In this document: positions 36,201-48,700 of the stretch, piece after piece
Layout of the letters: each line of letters opens with the position of its first letter
Position numbering within the stretch: the stretch's first letter is position 1
Origin: Nemertoderma westbladi
Lineage: Eukaryota; Animalia; Xenacoelomorpha
DNA length: 64,000 nucleotides
Assembly (NCBI GenBank): GCA_032718475.1
Contig: JAUCBJ010009123.1
Span: 4,768-68,767 of the forward strand
Direction of reading: 5' to 3'
Position numbers and translations under genes: made by a program
The notes under the pieces: generated by a model
What the model was told of the DNA's origin: nothing
The model's input: the letters and a program-made list of their open reading frames with translations, nothing else
Databases searched by the model: none

Positions 36201-37634
36201 CCCGGTGTATCAGGCAGATGGTGCTTCCTATTCCTACACCGGTCGATTACCGCTTGAACCCGGTGTATCAGGCAGCTGGTGCTTCCTACACCGGTAGATT
36301 ACCGCTTGGACCCAGTGAAACAGACAGCTGGTGCTTCCTACACCAGTAGATTACCGCTTGGACCCGGTGTATCAGACAGCTAGCTGGTGCTTCCTACACC
36401 GGCAGATTACCGCTTGGACTTGGTGTATCAGACAGCTGGTGCTTCCTATTCCTACACCGGTAGATTACCGCTTGGACCCAGTGAAACAGACAGCTGGTGC
36501 TTCCTACACCAGTAGATTACCGCTTGGACCCGGTGTATCAGACAGCTAGCTGGTGCTTCCTACACCGGTAGATTACCGCTTGGACCCGGTGTATCAGACA
36601 TCTGGTGCTTCCTACACCGGTAGATTACCGCTTGGACCCGGTGTATCAGGCAGCTGGTGCTTCCTACACTGGTAGATTACCGGTTGGACCCAGTGAAACA
36701 GACAGCTGGTGCTTCCTACACTGGTAGATTACCGCTTGGACGTGGTGTATCAGACAGCTAGCTGGTGCTTCCTACACCGGTAGATTACCGCTTGGACCCG
36801 GTGTATCAGACAGCTAGCTGGTGCGTCCTACACCGGTAGATTACCGCTTGGACCCGGTGTATCAGACAGCTGGTGCTTCCTACACTGGTAGATTACCGGT
36901 TGGACCCAGTGAAACAGACAGCTGGTGCTTCCTACACTGGTAGATTACCGCTTGGACGTGGTGTATCAGACAGCTAGCTGGTGCTTCCTACACCCGTAGA
37001 TTACCGCTTGGACCCGGTGTATCAGACAGCTAGCTGGTGCGTCCTACACCGGTAGATTACCACTTGGACCCGGTGTATCAGACAGCTAGCTGGTGCTTCC
37101 TACACCGGTAGATTACCACTTGGACCCGGTGTATCAGACAGCTAGCTGGTGCTTCCTACACCGGTAGATTACCGCTTGTACCCAGTGTATCAGACAGCTG
37201 GTGCTTCCTATTCCTATACCGGTAGATAACCGCTTGGACTCGGTGTAATAGACAGCTGGTGCTTCCTACACCAGCAGATTGCCGCTTGGACCCGGTGTAT
37301 CAGACAGCTGGTGCTTCCTACACTGGTAGATTACCGCTTGGACCCGGTGTATCAGACAGCTGGTGCTTCCTACACCGGTAGATTACCGCTTGGACTTGGT
37401 GTATCAGAGCTGGTGCTTCCTACACCAGTAGATTGCCGCTTGGACCCGGTGTACCAGACAGCTGGTGCTTCCTACACCGGTAGATTACCGCTTGGACTTG
37501 GTGTATCAGAGCTGGTGCTTCCTACACCGGTATATTACGGCTTGGACCCGGTGTATCAGACAGCTGGTGCTTCCTACACCGGTAGATTACCGCTTGGACC
37601 CGGTGTATCAGACAGCTGGTGCTTCCTACACCAG
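33211..37634 (+). repeat. 52-bp GC-rich minisatellite (GTATCAGACAGCTGGTGCTTCCTACACCGGTAGATTACCGCTTGGACCCGGT), ~85 units
   Basis: Period of 52 (e.g. 33781, 33833) with recurring variants. Confidence 0.95.
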
Positions 37635-38201
37635 TTCACACATACACTTTGCGGTGACTGCACTGCTTGAAACCGCTGCCAAAGAGATTTTGAAATTCTG
37701 CGACTAACCAACCACCACACTTTGAGGTTCGACGACTAACCACCACACTTTGAGGCGTCTACCACCCTGTAATGCAATTATTCCATTCTATTCTACTACT
37801 ATCCGTATATAAGATCATTGTTTTATTTATTTACCATGTTCAACCATTGAACCATTCTCACAGTTACAGTTATATTGCCAGTTTTGCCAATCGGATAAAG
37901 CTTTGTTTAATGTTTACTCGTAGCTACAGTACAGATATTGGGAGCATCGGATGCATTCAAATTGCATCCCTCTTGACCCTCTCCAGGGGAAAATCGATGC
38001 AAATAACAGCTGATTACTCCCAAAAAGGAAACTGTAAACTGTTCTATTGACTTTAGTTTAATGTTTTGGTTTGAATAACGTGCCACACAGTCACTGTAAC
38101 ATGCACCTAGCCCCCCCCCCCCCCCCCCCCCCCTCTCCCTGTCTCCAGCTGTGTTGTCAGTCTCACAGCAGCAGACCTAGGCCTACTCTGTTGATATCGG
38201 C

Positions 38202-38266
38202 CAAGGCCTACTAAAAGACTCCATCAATCCTAAAATCATCCTAAAAGACTCTTTTAGTAGGCCTTG
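38202..38266. mobile_element. 65-bp micro-MITE with 17-bp perfect TIRs and 8-bp TSD (hAT-like)
   Basis: ATATCGGC|CAAGGCCTACTAAAAGA...TCTTTTAGTAGGCCTTG|ATATCGGC. Confidence 0.8.
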
Positions 38267-38417
38267 ATATCGGCCTACTCCTACTCCTACAGTCTGCAGT
38301 CTGCGTTGGTCGGGATTTCAGGATTTATTTGTAGCTGAGTCTCTGTACTTACCGAACCCAAAATCATCATTTTTTTTAGAATACTCATATAGGCCCTATA
38401 TAACTTATTACTGTATT

Positions 38418-39167
38418 ATGGACGAGTCACTGAAAGGGAAAAGGGCCCTGGTAACGGGAGCCGGTCGAGGTATAGGTCGGGGCACCGCCATAGCGCTGCA
38501 CAGAAATGGAGCCAAGGTCACGGCTCTATCCAAAACCAAGGAACACCTCGCTACTTTGGCAGCGGAGTACCCAGGAATAGAAACAGTGTGCGTAGACCTG
38601 GGGGACTGGGATGAGTTGGAGAAGGCGTTATCGGGGCTGGGACCTATTGATCTATTAGTAAACAACGCCGCAGTTGGGGCTCTAGAGAACTTTGTCGACG
38701 TTACGAAGGCCAACATTGATCTCGGGTTCGCGGTAAACGTGAGAGCGCCTATGTTGATTGGCAGTGTCGTCGCCCGCGGAATGAAGGAACGCGGAACCGG
38801 CGGTTCCATCGTAAATATATCCAGTCAGGCGGCTAAGTTGGCCTTCCAAGGCCACGCCGTGTACTCGGCAACTAAAGCCGCCCTAGACGCGATCACCTGT
38901 AACATGGCGATGGAACTCGGCCCGTATAACATCCGTACCAACTCGGTAAACCCCACCGTGGTGCTAACCGATTTAGGGAAGCTCGCGTGGGGTGACCCGG
39001 CTAAAGGCGACCCCATGAAGGCCCGAATCCCGATGGGCCGATTCGCTGAGATCCATGAGATTGTCGATGTGATTCTCTTCCTGCTCAGCGACAAGGCCAG
39101 CATGGTGACCGGTCAGCATCTAGCCGTGGACGGGGGATTCCTAGTCAGTGGGTTGGCCTTCAAGTAA
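38418..39167 (+). CDS. DCXR: L-xylulose reductase / dicarbonyl reductase (SDR family), single coding exon, 249 aa
   Basis: TGAGRGIG, PGIETVCVDLGDW, GPIDLLVNNAAV, NISSQA, YSATK, ELGPYNIRTNSVNPTVVLTD, VDGGF are characteristic of DCXR. Confidence 0.93.
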   Translation: MDESLKGKRALVTGAGRGIGRGTAIALHRNGAKVTALSKTKEHLATLAAEYPGIETVCVDLGDWDELEKALSGLGPIDLLVNNAAVGALENFVDVTKANIDLGFAVNVRAPMLIGSVVARGMKERGTGGSIVNISSQAAKLAFQGHAVYSATKAALDAITCNMAMELGPYNIRTNSVNPTVVLTDLGKLAWGDPAKGDPMKARIPMGRFAEIHEIVDVILFLLSDKASMVTGQHLAVDGGFLVSGLAFK

Positions 39168-39489
39168 ACCTCCCGACTGCAGGTTAATACATTAATAATG
39201 AAACTGTCGATTCGGCTAATCATGATAGTAATTGGTACATCTCCAATAGCAGGTACTTACAAAGAATCGCGCACTCCATAGAATCTTGTTATTTACTACA
39301 AGACGTATTACAATTAAATGGTCTATTTCGTATTTCTACTTAGGACATTGGTGATGGGCAGAGGCGCAATACCGGAAATGTTTGAATTATTTGTAGATAA
39401 ACATTTAATAATAGTGCTAATAATGTGCTCGTTTGGTATAATTTAGTGTCTGCTTTGATACCCAATCGTTCTATATTAACGGCTGACAA

Positions 39490-39760
39490 GTCCCACTTTG
39501 ATGTAGTGGTTGTGTATTGAATTCACATCTCTTTGGCGGTCGTAAGTTCGATCCTAGCACAGGGCCAGCGGCCTGGGCAGTTTTCGTTTCGGCACGAATG
39601 CTTTAAAGGGACCAGCCAGGGCGCATCTCTGCCTTGCATCCTTAAATGGTAGCTAAATGAGTACTGGAGTTTCCTCTGGGGAGTATAGTTCTGGGGGGAC
39701 CGCACAGGAAGTAAGCGTAATCTCTGGCCTAACAGCCAAAGAAATCTAACTTTTTTTTTA
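39490..39760 (+). mobile_element. tRNA-derived SINE
   Basis: A-box-like GATGTAGTGG, B-box GTTCGATCC (39546-39554), central GCCTTGCATCCT..GGTAGCTAAATGAGTAC, T-rich tail. Two further decayed copies in the window. Confidence 0.7.
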
Positions 39761-40428
39761 TGTATTTAACGCACATTTAACGCGATAAATTATTAACTTT
39801 ACTTCAATAAAAAATATACATAATATCAGGTTATTATAAATTATCGACCCTTTATTGAATGACTACTTTCATAACTGATTATCAATATTTGTAAGTCTCA
39901 AGGTCGTTGGTTTGACAGCGAGTTATTATAAATATAACTCATTATAACTTTGATAGAACAGCAATTAGCATTACAGAAGTAGATCTAATCCATAGAGAAG
40001 TAATGTAGACCGACCGGTCGCACAACTTGTTCATAAAATGAGGGCGATGATCACGGATTCCTTCAAAGGTAATATGGGCGGGACAATTTATTGTGTAGAT
40101 ATCGATTCGGTAATGTCGGTTCGGTATATTAGACGCAGGTTATTCCGCCGATTTATTTAGTTTTATTATATTTTTTATTTTTTGGAATGCACCAGGAATT
40201 ATTGCTACATTACGTTCGAATTATTTTAGTTTAACAATAACTTTTGCCGTCTTACATTATTAACCTTCCTGGACAATTAATATCACTGTCAATAAAGGAG
40301 TTATTATTGTAAAGGTTTTGTGCAATGTGTCACATTTTTATATTTTTGTAGATCTTGTTGAATTATTGTCAATAAACGATATCTATCTATATATTTATCT
40401 AGACTCTGCAGACTGAAAAACAAACCTG

Positions 40429-42314
40429 TACAGTAGCATAAAGTGTTAGGATGTTCTCTACAGTAGCATAAAGTGTTAGGATGTTCTCTACAGTAGCATA
40501 AAGTGTTAGGATGATCTCTACAGTAGCATAAAGTGTTAGGATGTTCTCTACAGTAGCATAAAGTGTTAGGATGTTCTCTACAGTAGCATAAAGTAGGATG
40601 TTCTCTACAGTAGCATAAAGTGTTAGGATGTTCTCTACAGTAGCATAAAGTGTTAGGATGATCTCTACAGTAGCATAAAGTGTTAGGATGTTCTCTACAG
40701 TAGCATAAAGTGTTAGGATGTTCTCTACAGTAGCATAAAGTGTTAGGATGTTCTCTACAGTAGCATAAAGTGTTAGGATGTTCTCTACAGTAGCATAAAG
40801 TGTTAGGATGTTCTCTACAGTAGCATAAAGTGTTAGGATATTCTCTACAGTAGCATAAAGTGTTAGGATGTTCTCTACAGTAGCATAAAGTGTTAGGATG
40901 TTCTCTACAGTAGCATAAAGTGTTAGGATGTTCTCTACAGTAGCATAAAGTGTTATTAGGATGTTCTCTACAGTAGCATAAAGTGTTAGGATGTTCTCTA
41001 CAGTAGCATAAAGTGTTAGGATGTTCTCTACAGTAGCATAAAGTGTTAGGATGTTCTCTACAGTAGCATAAAGTGTTAGGATGTTCTCTACAGTAGCATA
41101 AAGTGTTAGGATGTTCTCTACAGTAGCATAAAGTGTTAGGATGTTCTCTACAGTAGCATAAAGTGTTATTAGGATGATCTCTACAGTAGCATAAAGTGTT
41201 ATTAGGATGTTCTCTACAGTAGCATAAAGTGTTAGGATGTTCTCTACAGTAGCATAAAGTGTTAGGATGTTCTCTACAGTAGCATAAAGTGTTATTAGGA
41301 TGTTCTCTACAGTAGCATAAAGTGTTAGGATGTTCTCTACAGTAGCATAAAGTGTTAGGATGTTCTCTACAGTAGCATAAAGTGTTAGGATGTTCTCTAC
41401 AGTAGCATAAAGTGTTAGGATGTTCTCTACAGTAGCATAAAGTGATAGGATGTTCTCTACAGTAGCATAAAGTGTTAGGATGTTCTCTACAGTAGCATAA
41501 AGTGTTAGGATGTTCTCTACAGTAGCATAAAGTGTTAGGATGTTCTCTACAGTAGCATAAAGTGTTAGGATGTTCTCTACAGTAGCATAAAGTGTTAGGA
41601 TGTTCTCTACAGTAGCATAAAGTGTTATTAGGATGTTCTCTACAGTAGCATAAAGTGTTAGGATGTTCTCTACAGTAGCATAAAGTGTTAGGATGTTCTC
41701 TACAGTAGCATAAAGTGTTAGGATGTTCTCTACAGTAGCATAAAGTGTTAGGATGTTCTCTACAGTAGCATAAAGTGATAGGATGTTCTCTACAGTAGCA
41801 TAAAGTGTTAGGATGTTCTCTACAGTAGCATAAAGTGTTAGGATGTTCTCTACAGTAGCATAAAGTGTTAGGATGTTCTCTACAGTAGCATAAAGTGTTA
41901 GGATGTTCTCTACAGTAGCATAAAGTGTTAGGATGTTCTCTACAGTAGCATAAAGTATTAGGATGTTCTCTACAGTAGCATAAAGTGTTAGGATGTTCTC
42001 TACAGTAGCATAAAGTGTTAGGATGTTCTCTACAGTAGCATAAAGTGTTAGTATGTTCTCTACAGTAGCATAAAGTGTTAGGATGTTCTCTACAGTAGCA
42101 TAAAGTGTTAGGATGTTCTCTACAGTAGCATAAAGTGTTAGGATGTTCTCTACAGTAGCATAAAGTGTTAGGATGTTCTCTACAGTAGCATAAAGTATTA
42201 GGATGTTCTCTACAGTAGCATAAAGTGTTAGGATGTTCTCTACAGTAGCATAAAGTGTTAGGATGTTCTCTACAGTAGCATAAAGTAGGATGTTCTCTAC
42301 AGTAGCATAAAGTA
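40429..42314 (+). repeat. 30-bp satellite (CTACAGTAGCATAAAGTGTTAGGATGTTCT), block 1; degenerate units continue to ~42500
   Basis: Directly visible period of 30. Confidence 0.97.
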
Positions 42315-42766
42315 GTAATAGGATTAAATGCTCTGCAGTTAGCATACAAGTGTTTGGATGTTCTCTACAGTTGCATCAAGCTGTTAGGATGTTCTTCTAC
42401 AGTAGCATAAAGTAGGATGTTCTCTACAGTAGCATAAAGTAATAATAGATTAAATGCTTAGAGTTACATACAATTATTTGGATGTTCTCTACATTGTCAA
42501 GCTGAAGTAAAAGACCTTACCGGTAGGTATGCTCAGTACAGTACGATACAAATACTAAAATAAAAAGCAACTGACCATTAGACGTTGCATGCTATCAGTA
42601 ATCAGCTGACGGCTGTCAGCTGATCAGTAGGTTTCGCTCCAATGGGGGCTTTCTCAAGTAGCTAGTGCTAGAAAGGAGACAATAGATAGAAGTTCCCAAG
42701 GAGACGGGACGGTAAAGTGAAACAAGGTAGAAGTGTATCCGTCTAACCACTGGGAAGCAGCACCTC

Positions 42767-45700
42767 ACAGTAGCATAAAGTGTTAGGATGTTCTCTACAG
42801 TAGCATAAAGTATTAGGATGTTCTCTACAGTAGCATAAAGTGTTAGGATGTTCTCTACAGTAGCATAAAGTATTAGGATGTTCTCTACAGTAGCATAAAG
42901 TGTTAGGATGTTCTCTACAGTAGCATAAAGTGTTAGGATGTTCTCTACAGTAGCATAAAGTAGGATGATCTCTACAGTAGCATAAAGTGTTAGGATGTTC
43001 TCTACAGTAGCATAAAGTGTTAGGATGTTCTTTACAGTAGCATAAAGTGTTAGGATGTTCTCTACAGTAGCATAAAGTATTAGGATGTTCTCTACAGTAG
43101 CATAAAGTGTTAGGATGTTCTCTACAGTAGCATAAAGTAGGATGTTCTCTACAGTAGCATAAAGTAGGATGTTCTCTACAGTAGCATAAAGTGTTAGGAT
43201 GTTCTCTACAGTAGCATAAAGTGTTAGGATGTTCTCTACAGTAGCATAAAGTGTTAGGATGATCTCTACAGTAGCATAAAGTGTTATTAGGATGTTCTCT
43301 ACAGTAGCATAAAGTGTTAGGATGTTCTCTACATTAGCATAAAGTATTAGGATGTTCTCTACAGTAGCATAAAGTGTTAGGATGTTCTCTACAGTAGCAT
43401 AAAGTAGGATGTTCTCTACAGTAGCATAAAGTGTTAGGATATTCTCTACAGTAGCATAAAGTGTTAGGATGTTCTCTACAGTAGCATAAAGTGTTAGGAT
43501 GTTCTCTACAGTAGCATAAAGTGTTAGGATGTTCTCTACAGTAGCATAAAGTAGGATGTTCTCTACAGTAGCATAAAGTGTTAGGATATTCTCTACAGTA
43601 GCATAAAGTGTTAGGATGTTCTCTACAGTAGCATAAAGTGTTAGGATGATCTCTACAGTAGCATAAAGTGTTAGGATGTTCTCTACAGTAGCATAAAGTG
43701 TTAGGATGTTCTCTACAGTAGCATAAAGTATTAGGATGTTCTCTACAGTAGCATAAAGTGTTAGGATGTTCTCTACAGTAGCATAAAGTGTTAGGATGTT
43801 CTCTACAGTAGCATAAAGTGTTAGGATGTTCTCTACAGTAGCATAAAGTATTAGGATGTTCTCTACAGTAGCATAAAGTGTTAGGATGTTCTCTACAGTA
43901 GCATAAAGTAGGATGTTCTCTACAGTAGCATAAAGTGTTAGGATGTTCTCTACAGTAGCATAAAGTGTTAGGATGTTCTCTACAGTAGCATAAAGTGTTA
44001 GGATGTTCTCTACAGTAGCATAAAGTGTTAGGATGTTCTCTACAGTAGCATAAAGTGTTAGGATGTTCTCTACAGTAGCATAAAGTGTATTAGGATGTTC
44101 TCTACAGTAGCATAAAGTGTTAGGATGTTCTCTACAGTAGCATAAAGTGTTAGGATGTTCTCTACAGTAGCATAAAGTGTTAGGATGTTCTCTACAGTAG
44201 CATAAAGTGTTAGGATGTTCTCTACAGTAGCATAAAGTATTAGGATGTTCTCTACAGTAGCATAAAGTGTTAGGATGTTCTCTACAGTAGCATAAAGTGT
44301 TAGGATGTTCTCTACAGTAGCATAAAGTGTTAGTATGTTCTCTACAGTAGCATAAAGTAGGATGTTCTCTACAGTAGCATAAAGTGTTAGGATGTTCTCT
44401 ACAGTAGCATAAAGTAGGATGTTCTCTACAGTAGCATAAAGTATTAGGATGTTCTCTACAGTAGCATAAAGTGTTAGGATGTTCTCTACAGTAGCATAAA
44501 GTGTTAGGATGTTCTCTACAGTAGCATAAAGTGTTAGGATGTTCTCTACAGTAGCATAAAGTGTTAGGATGTTCTCTACAGTAGCATAAAGTGTTAGGAT
44601 GTTCTCTACAGTAGCATAAAGTGTTAGGATGTTCTCTACAGTAGCATAAAGTATTAGGATGTTCTCTACAGTAGCATAAAGTGTTAGGATGTTCTCTACA
44701 GTAGCATAAAGTGTTAGGATGTTCTCTACAGTAGCATAAAGTAGGATGTTCTCTACAGTAGCATAAAGTGTTAGGATGTTCTCTACAGTAGCATAAAGTG
44801 TTAGGATGTTCTCTACAGTAGCATAAAGTGTTAGGATGTTCTCTACAGTAGCATAAAGTAGGATGTTCTCTACAGTAGCATAAAGTGTTAGGATGTTCTC
44901 TACAGTAGCATAAAGTGTTAGGATGTTCTCTACAGTAGCATAAAGTAGGATGTTCTCTACAGTAGCATAAAGTGTTAGGATGTTCTCTACAGTAGCATAA
45001 AGTGTTAGGATGTTCTCTACAGTAGCATAAAGTGTTAGGATGTTCTCTACAGTAGCATAAAGTGTTAGGATGTTCTCTACAGTAGCATAAAGTGTTAGGA
45101 TGTTCTCTACAGTAGCATAAAGTGTTAGGATGTTCTCTACAGTAGCATAAAGTATTAGGATGTTCTCTACAGTAGCATAAAGTGTTAGGATGTTCTCTAC
45201 AGTAGCATAAAGTATTAGGATGTTCTCTACAGTAGCATAAAGTGTTAGGATGTTCTCTACAGTAGCATAAAGTATTAGGATGTTCTCTACAGTAGCATAA
45301 AGTGTTAGGATGTTCTCTACAGTAGCATAAAGTAGGATGTTCTCTACAGTAGCATAAAGTAGGATGTTCTCTACAGTAGCATAAAGTGTTAGGATGTTCT
45401 CTACAGTAGCATAAAGTGTTAGGATGTTCTCTACAGTAGCATAAAGTGTTAGGATGATCTCTACAGTAGCATAAAGTGTTATTAGGATGTTCTCTACAGT
45501 AGCATAAAGTGTTAGGATGTTCTCTACATTAGCATAAAGTATTAGGATGTTCTCTACAGTAGCATAAAGTGTTAGGATGTTCTCTACAGTAGCATAAAGT
45601 AGGATGTTCTCTACAGTAGCATAAAGTGTTAGGATATTCTCTACAGTAGCATAAAGTGTTAGGATGTTCTCTACAGTAGCATAAAGTGTTAGGATGTTCT

Positions 45701-48700
45701 CTACAGTAGCATAAAGTGTTAGGATGTTCTCTACAGTAGCATAAAGTGTTAGGATGTTCTCTACAGTAGCATAAAGTAGGATGATCTCTACAGTAGCATA
45801 AAGTGTTAGGACTGTAGGATGTTCTCTACAGTAGCATAAAGTGTTAGGATATTCTCTACAGTAGCATAAAGTGTTAGGATGTTCTCTACAGTAGCATAAA
45901 GTGTTAGGATGTTCTCTACAGTAGCATAAAGTGTTAGGATGTTCTCTACAGTAGCATAAAGTGTTAGGATGTTCTCTACAGTAGCATAAAGTGTTAGGAT
46001 GTTCTCTACAGTAGCATAAAGTGTTAGGATGTTCTCTACAGTAGCATAAAGTGTTAGGATATTCTCTACAGTAGCATAAAGTGTTAGGATGTTCTCTACA
46101 GTAGCATAAAGTGTTAGGATGTTCTCTACAGTAGCATAAAGTGTTAGGATGTTCTCTACAGTAGCATAAAGTGTTAGGATGTTCTCTACAGTAGCATAAA
46201 GTAGGATGTTCTCTACAGTAGCATAAAGTGTTAGGATATTCTCTACAGTAGCATAAAGTGTTAGGATGTTCTCTACAGTAGCATAAAGTAGGATGATCTC
46301 TACAGTAGCATAAAGTGTTAGGACTGTAGGATGTTCTCTACAGTAGCATAAAGTGTTAGGATATTCTCTACAGTAGCATAAAGTGTTAGGATGTTCTCTA
46401 CAGTAGCATAAAGTGTTAGGATGTTCTCTACAGTAGCATAAAGTGTTAGGATGTTCTCTACAGTAGCATAAAGTGTTAGGATGTTCTCTACAGTAGCATA
46501 AAGTGTTAGGATGTTCTCTACAGTAGCATAAAGTGTTAGGATGTTCTCTACAGTAGCATAAAGTGTTAGGATATTCTCTACAGTAGCATAAAGTGTTAGG
46601 ATGTTCTCTACAGTAGCATAAAGTGTTAGGATGTTCTCTACAGTAGCATAAAGTGTTAGGATGTTCTCTACAGTAGCATAAAGTGTTAGGATGTTCTCTA
46701 CAGTAGCATAAAGTAGGATGTTCTCTACAGTAGCATAAAGTGTTAGGATGTTCTCTACATTAGCATAAAGTATTAGGATGTTCTCTACAGTAGCATAAAG
46801 TGTTAGGATGTTCTCTACAGTAGCATAAAGTAGGATGTTCTCTACAGTAGCATAAAGTGTTAGGATATTCTCTACAGTAGCATAAAGTGTTAGGATGTTC
46901 TCTACAGTAGCATAAAGTGTTAGGATGTTCTCTACAGTAGCATAAAGTGTTAGGATGTTCTCTACAGTAGCATAAAGTAGGATGATCTCTACAGTAGCAT
47001 AAAGTGTTAGGACTGTAGGATGTTCTCTACAGTAGCATAAAGTGTTAGGATATTCTCTACAGTAGCATAAAGTGTTAGGATGTTCTCTACAGTAGCATAA
47101 AGTGTTAGGATGTTCTCTACAGTAGCATAAAGTGTTAGGATGTTCTCTACAGTAGCATAAAGTGTTAGGATGTTCTCTACAGTAGCATAAAGTGTTAGGA
47201 TGTTCTCTACAGTAGCATAAAGTGTTAGGATGTTCTCTACAGTAGCATAAAGTGTTAGGATATTCTCTACAGTAGCATAAAGTGTTAGGATGTTCTCTAC
47301 AGTAGCATAAAGTGTTAGGATGTTCTCTACAGTAGCATAAAGTGTTAGGATGTTCTCTACAGTAGCATAAAGTGTTAGGATGTTCTCTACAGTAGCATAA
47401 AGTAGGATGTTCTCTACAGTAGCATAAAGTGTTAGGATATTCTCTACAGTAGCATAAAGTGTTAGGATGTTCTCTACAGTAGCATAAAGTGTTAGGATGT
47501 TCTCTACAGTAGCATAAAGTATTAGGATGTTCTCTACAGTAGCATAAAGTGTTAGGATGTTCTCTACAGTAGCATAAAGTGTTAGGATGTTCTCTACAGT
47601 AGCATAAAGTGTTAGGATGTTCTCTACAGTAGCATAAAGTGTTAGGATGTTCTCTACAGTAGCATAAAGTAGGATGTTCTCTACAGTAGCATAAAGTGTT
47701 AGGATATTCTCTACAGTAGCATAAAGTGTTAGGATGTTCTCTACAGTAGCATAAAGTGTTAGGATGATCTCTACAGTAGCATAAAGTGTTAGGATGTTCT
47801 CTACAGTAGCATAAAGTGTTAGGATGTTCTCTACAGTAGCATAAAGTATTAGGATGTTCTCTACAGTAGCATAAAGTGTTAGGATGTTCTCTACAGTAGC
47901 ATAAAGTGTTAGGATGTTCTCTACAGTAGCATAAAGTGTTAGGATGTTCTCTACAGTAGCATAAAGTGTTAGGATGTTCTCTACAGTAGCATAAAGTGTT
48001 AGGATGTTCTCTACAGTAGCATAAAGTAGGATGTTCTCTACAGTAGCATAAAGTGTTAGGATATTCTCTACAGTAGCATAAAGTGTTAGGATGTTCTCTA
48101 CAGTAGCATAAAGTGTTAGGATGTTCTCTACAGTAGCATAAAGTGTTAGGATGTTCTCTACAGTAGCATAAAGTAGGATGTTCTCTACAGTAGCATAAAG
48201 TGTTAGGATGTTCTCTACAGTAGCATAAAGTGTTAGGATATTCTCTACAGTAGCATAAAGTGTTAGGATGTTCTCTACAGTAGCATAAAGTTAGGATGTT
48301 CTCTACAGTAGCATAAAGTGTTAGGATGTTCTCTACAGTAGCATAAAGTGTTAGGATGTTCTCTACAGTAGCATAAAGTAGGATGTTCTCTACAGTAGCA
48401 TAAAGTGTTAGGATGTTCTCTACAGTAGCATAAAGTGTTAGGATGTTCTCTACAGTAGCATAAAGTGTTAGGATGTTCTCTACAGTAGCATAAAGTGTTA
48501 GGATGTTCTCTACAGTAGCATAAAGTGTTAGGATGTTCTCTACAGTAGCATAAAGTGTTAGGATGTTCTCTACAGTAGCATAAAGTGTTAGGATGTTCTC
48601 TACAGTAGCATAAAGTGTTAGGATGTTCTCTACAGTAGCATAAAGTGTTAGGATGTTCTCTACAGTAGCATAAAGTGTTAGGATGTTCTCTACAGTAGCA

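Noticed and set aside
33211-37634. CRISPR-like array of palindromic repeats
   Set aside because: Units are contiguous with no unique spacers, there are no cas genes, and the context is eukaryotic. The short ORFs here are repeat translations.
39495-39565. Possible tRNA gene
   Set aside because: A/B boxes are present but there is no convincing cloverleaf, and the sequence continues into a repeated SINE body.
42315-42500. Two highly degenerate satellite-like blocks as ancestral monomers
   Set aside because: The indel-rich pattern is equally consistent with unpolished long-read consensus error and cannot be resolved without reads.
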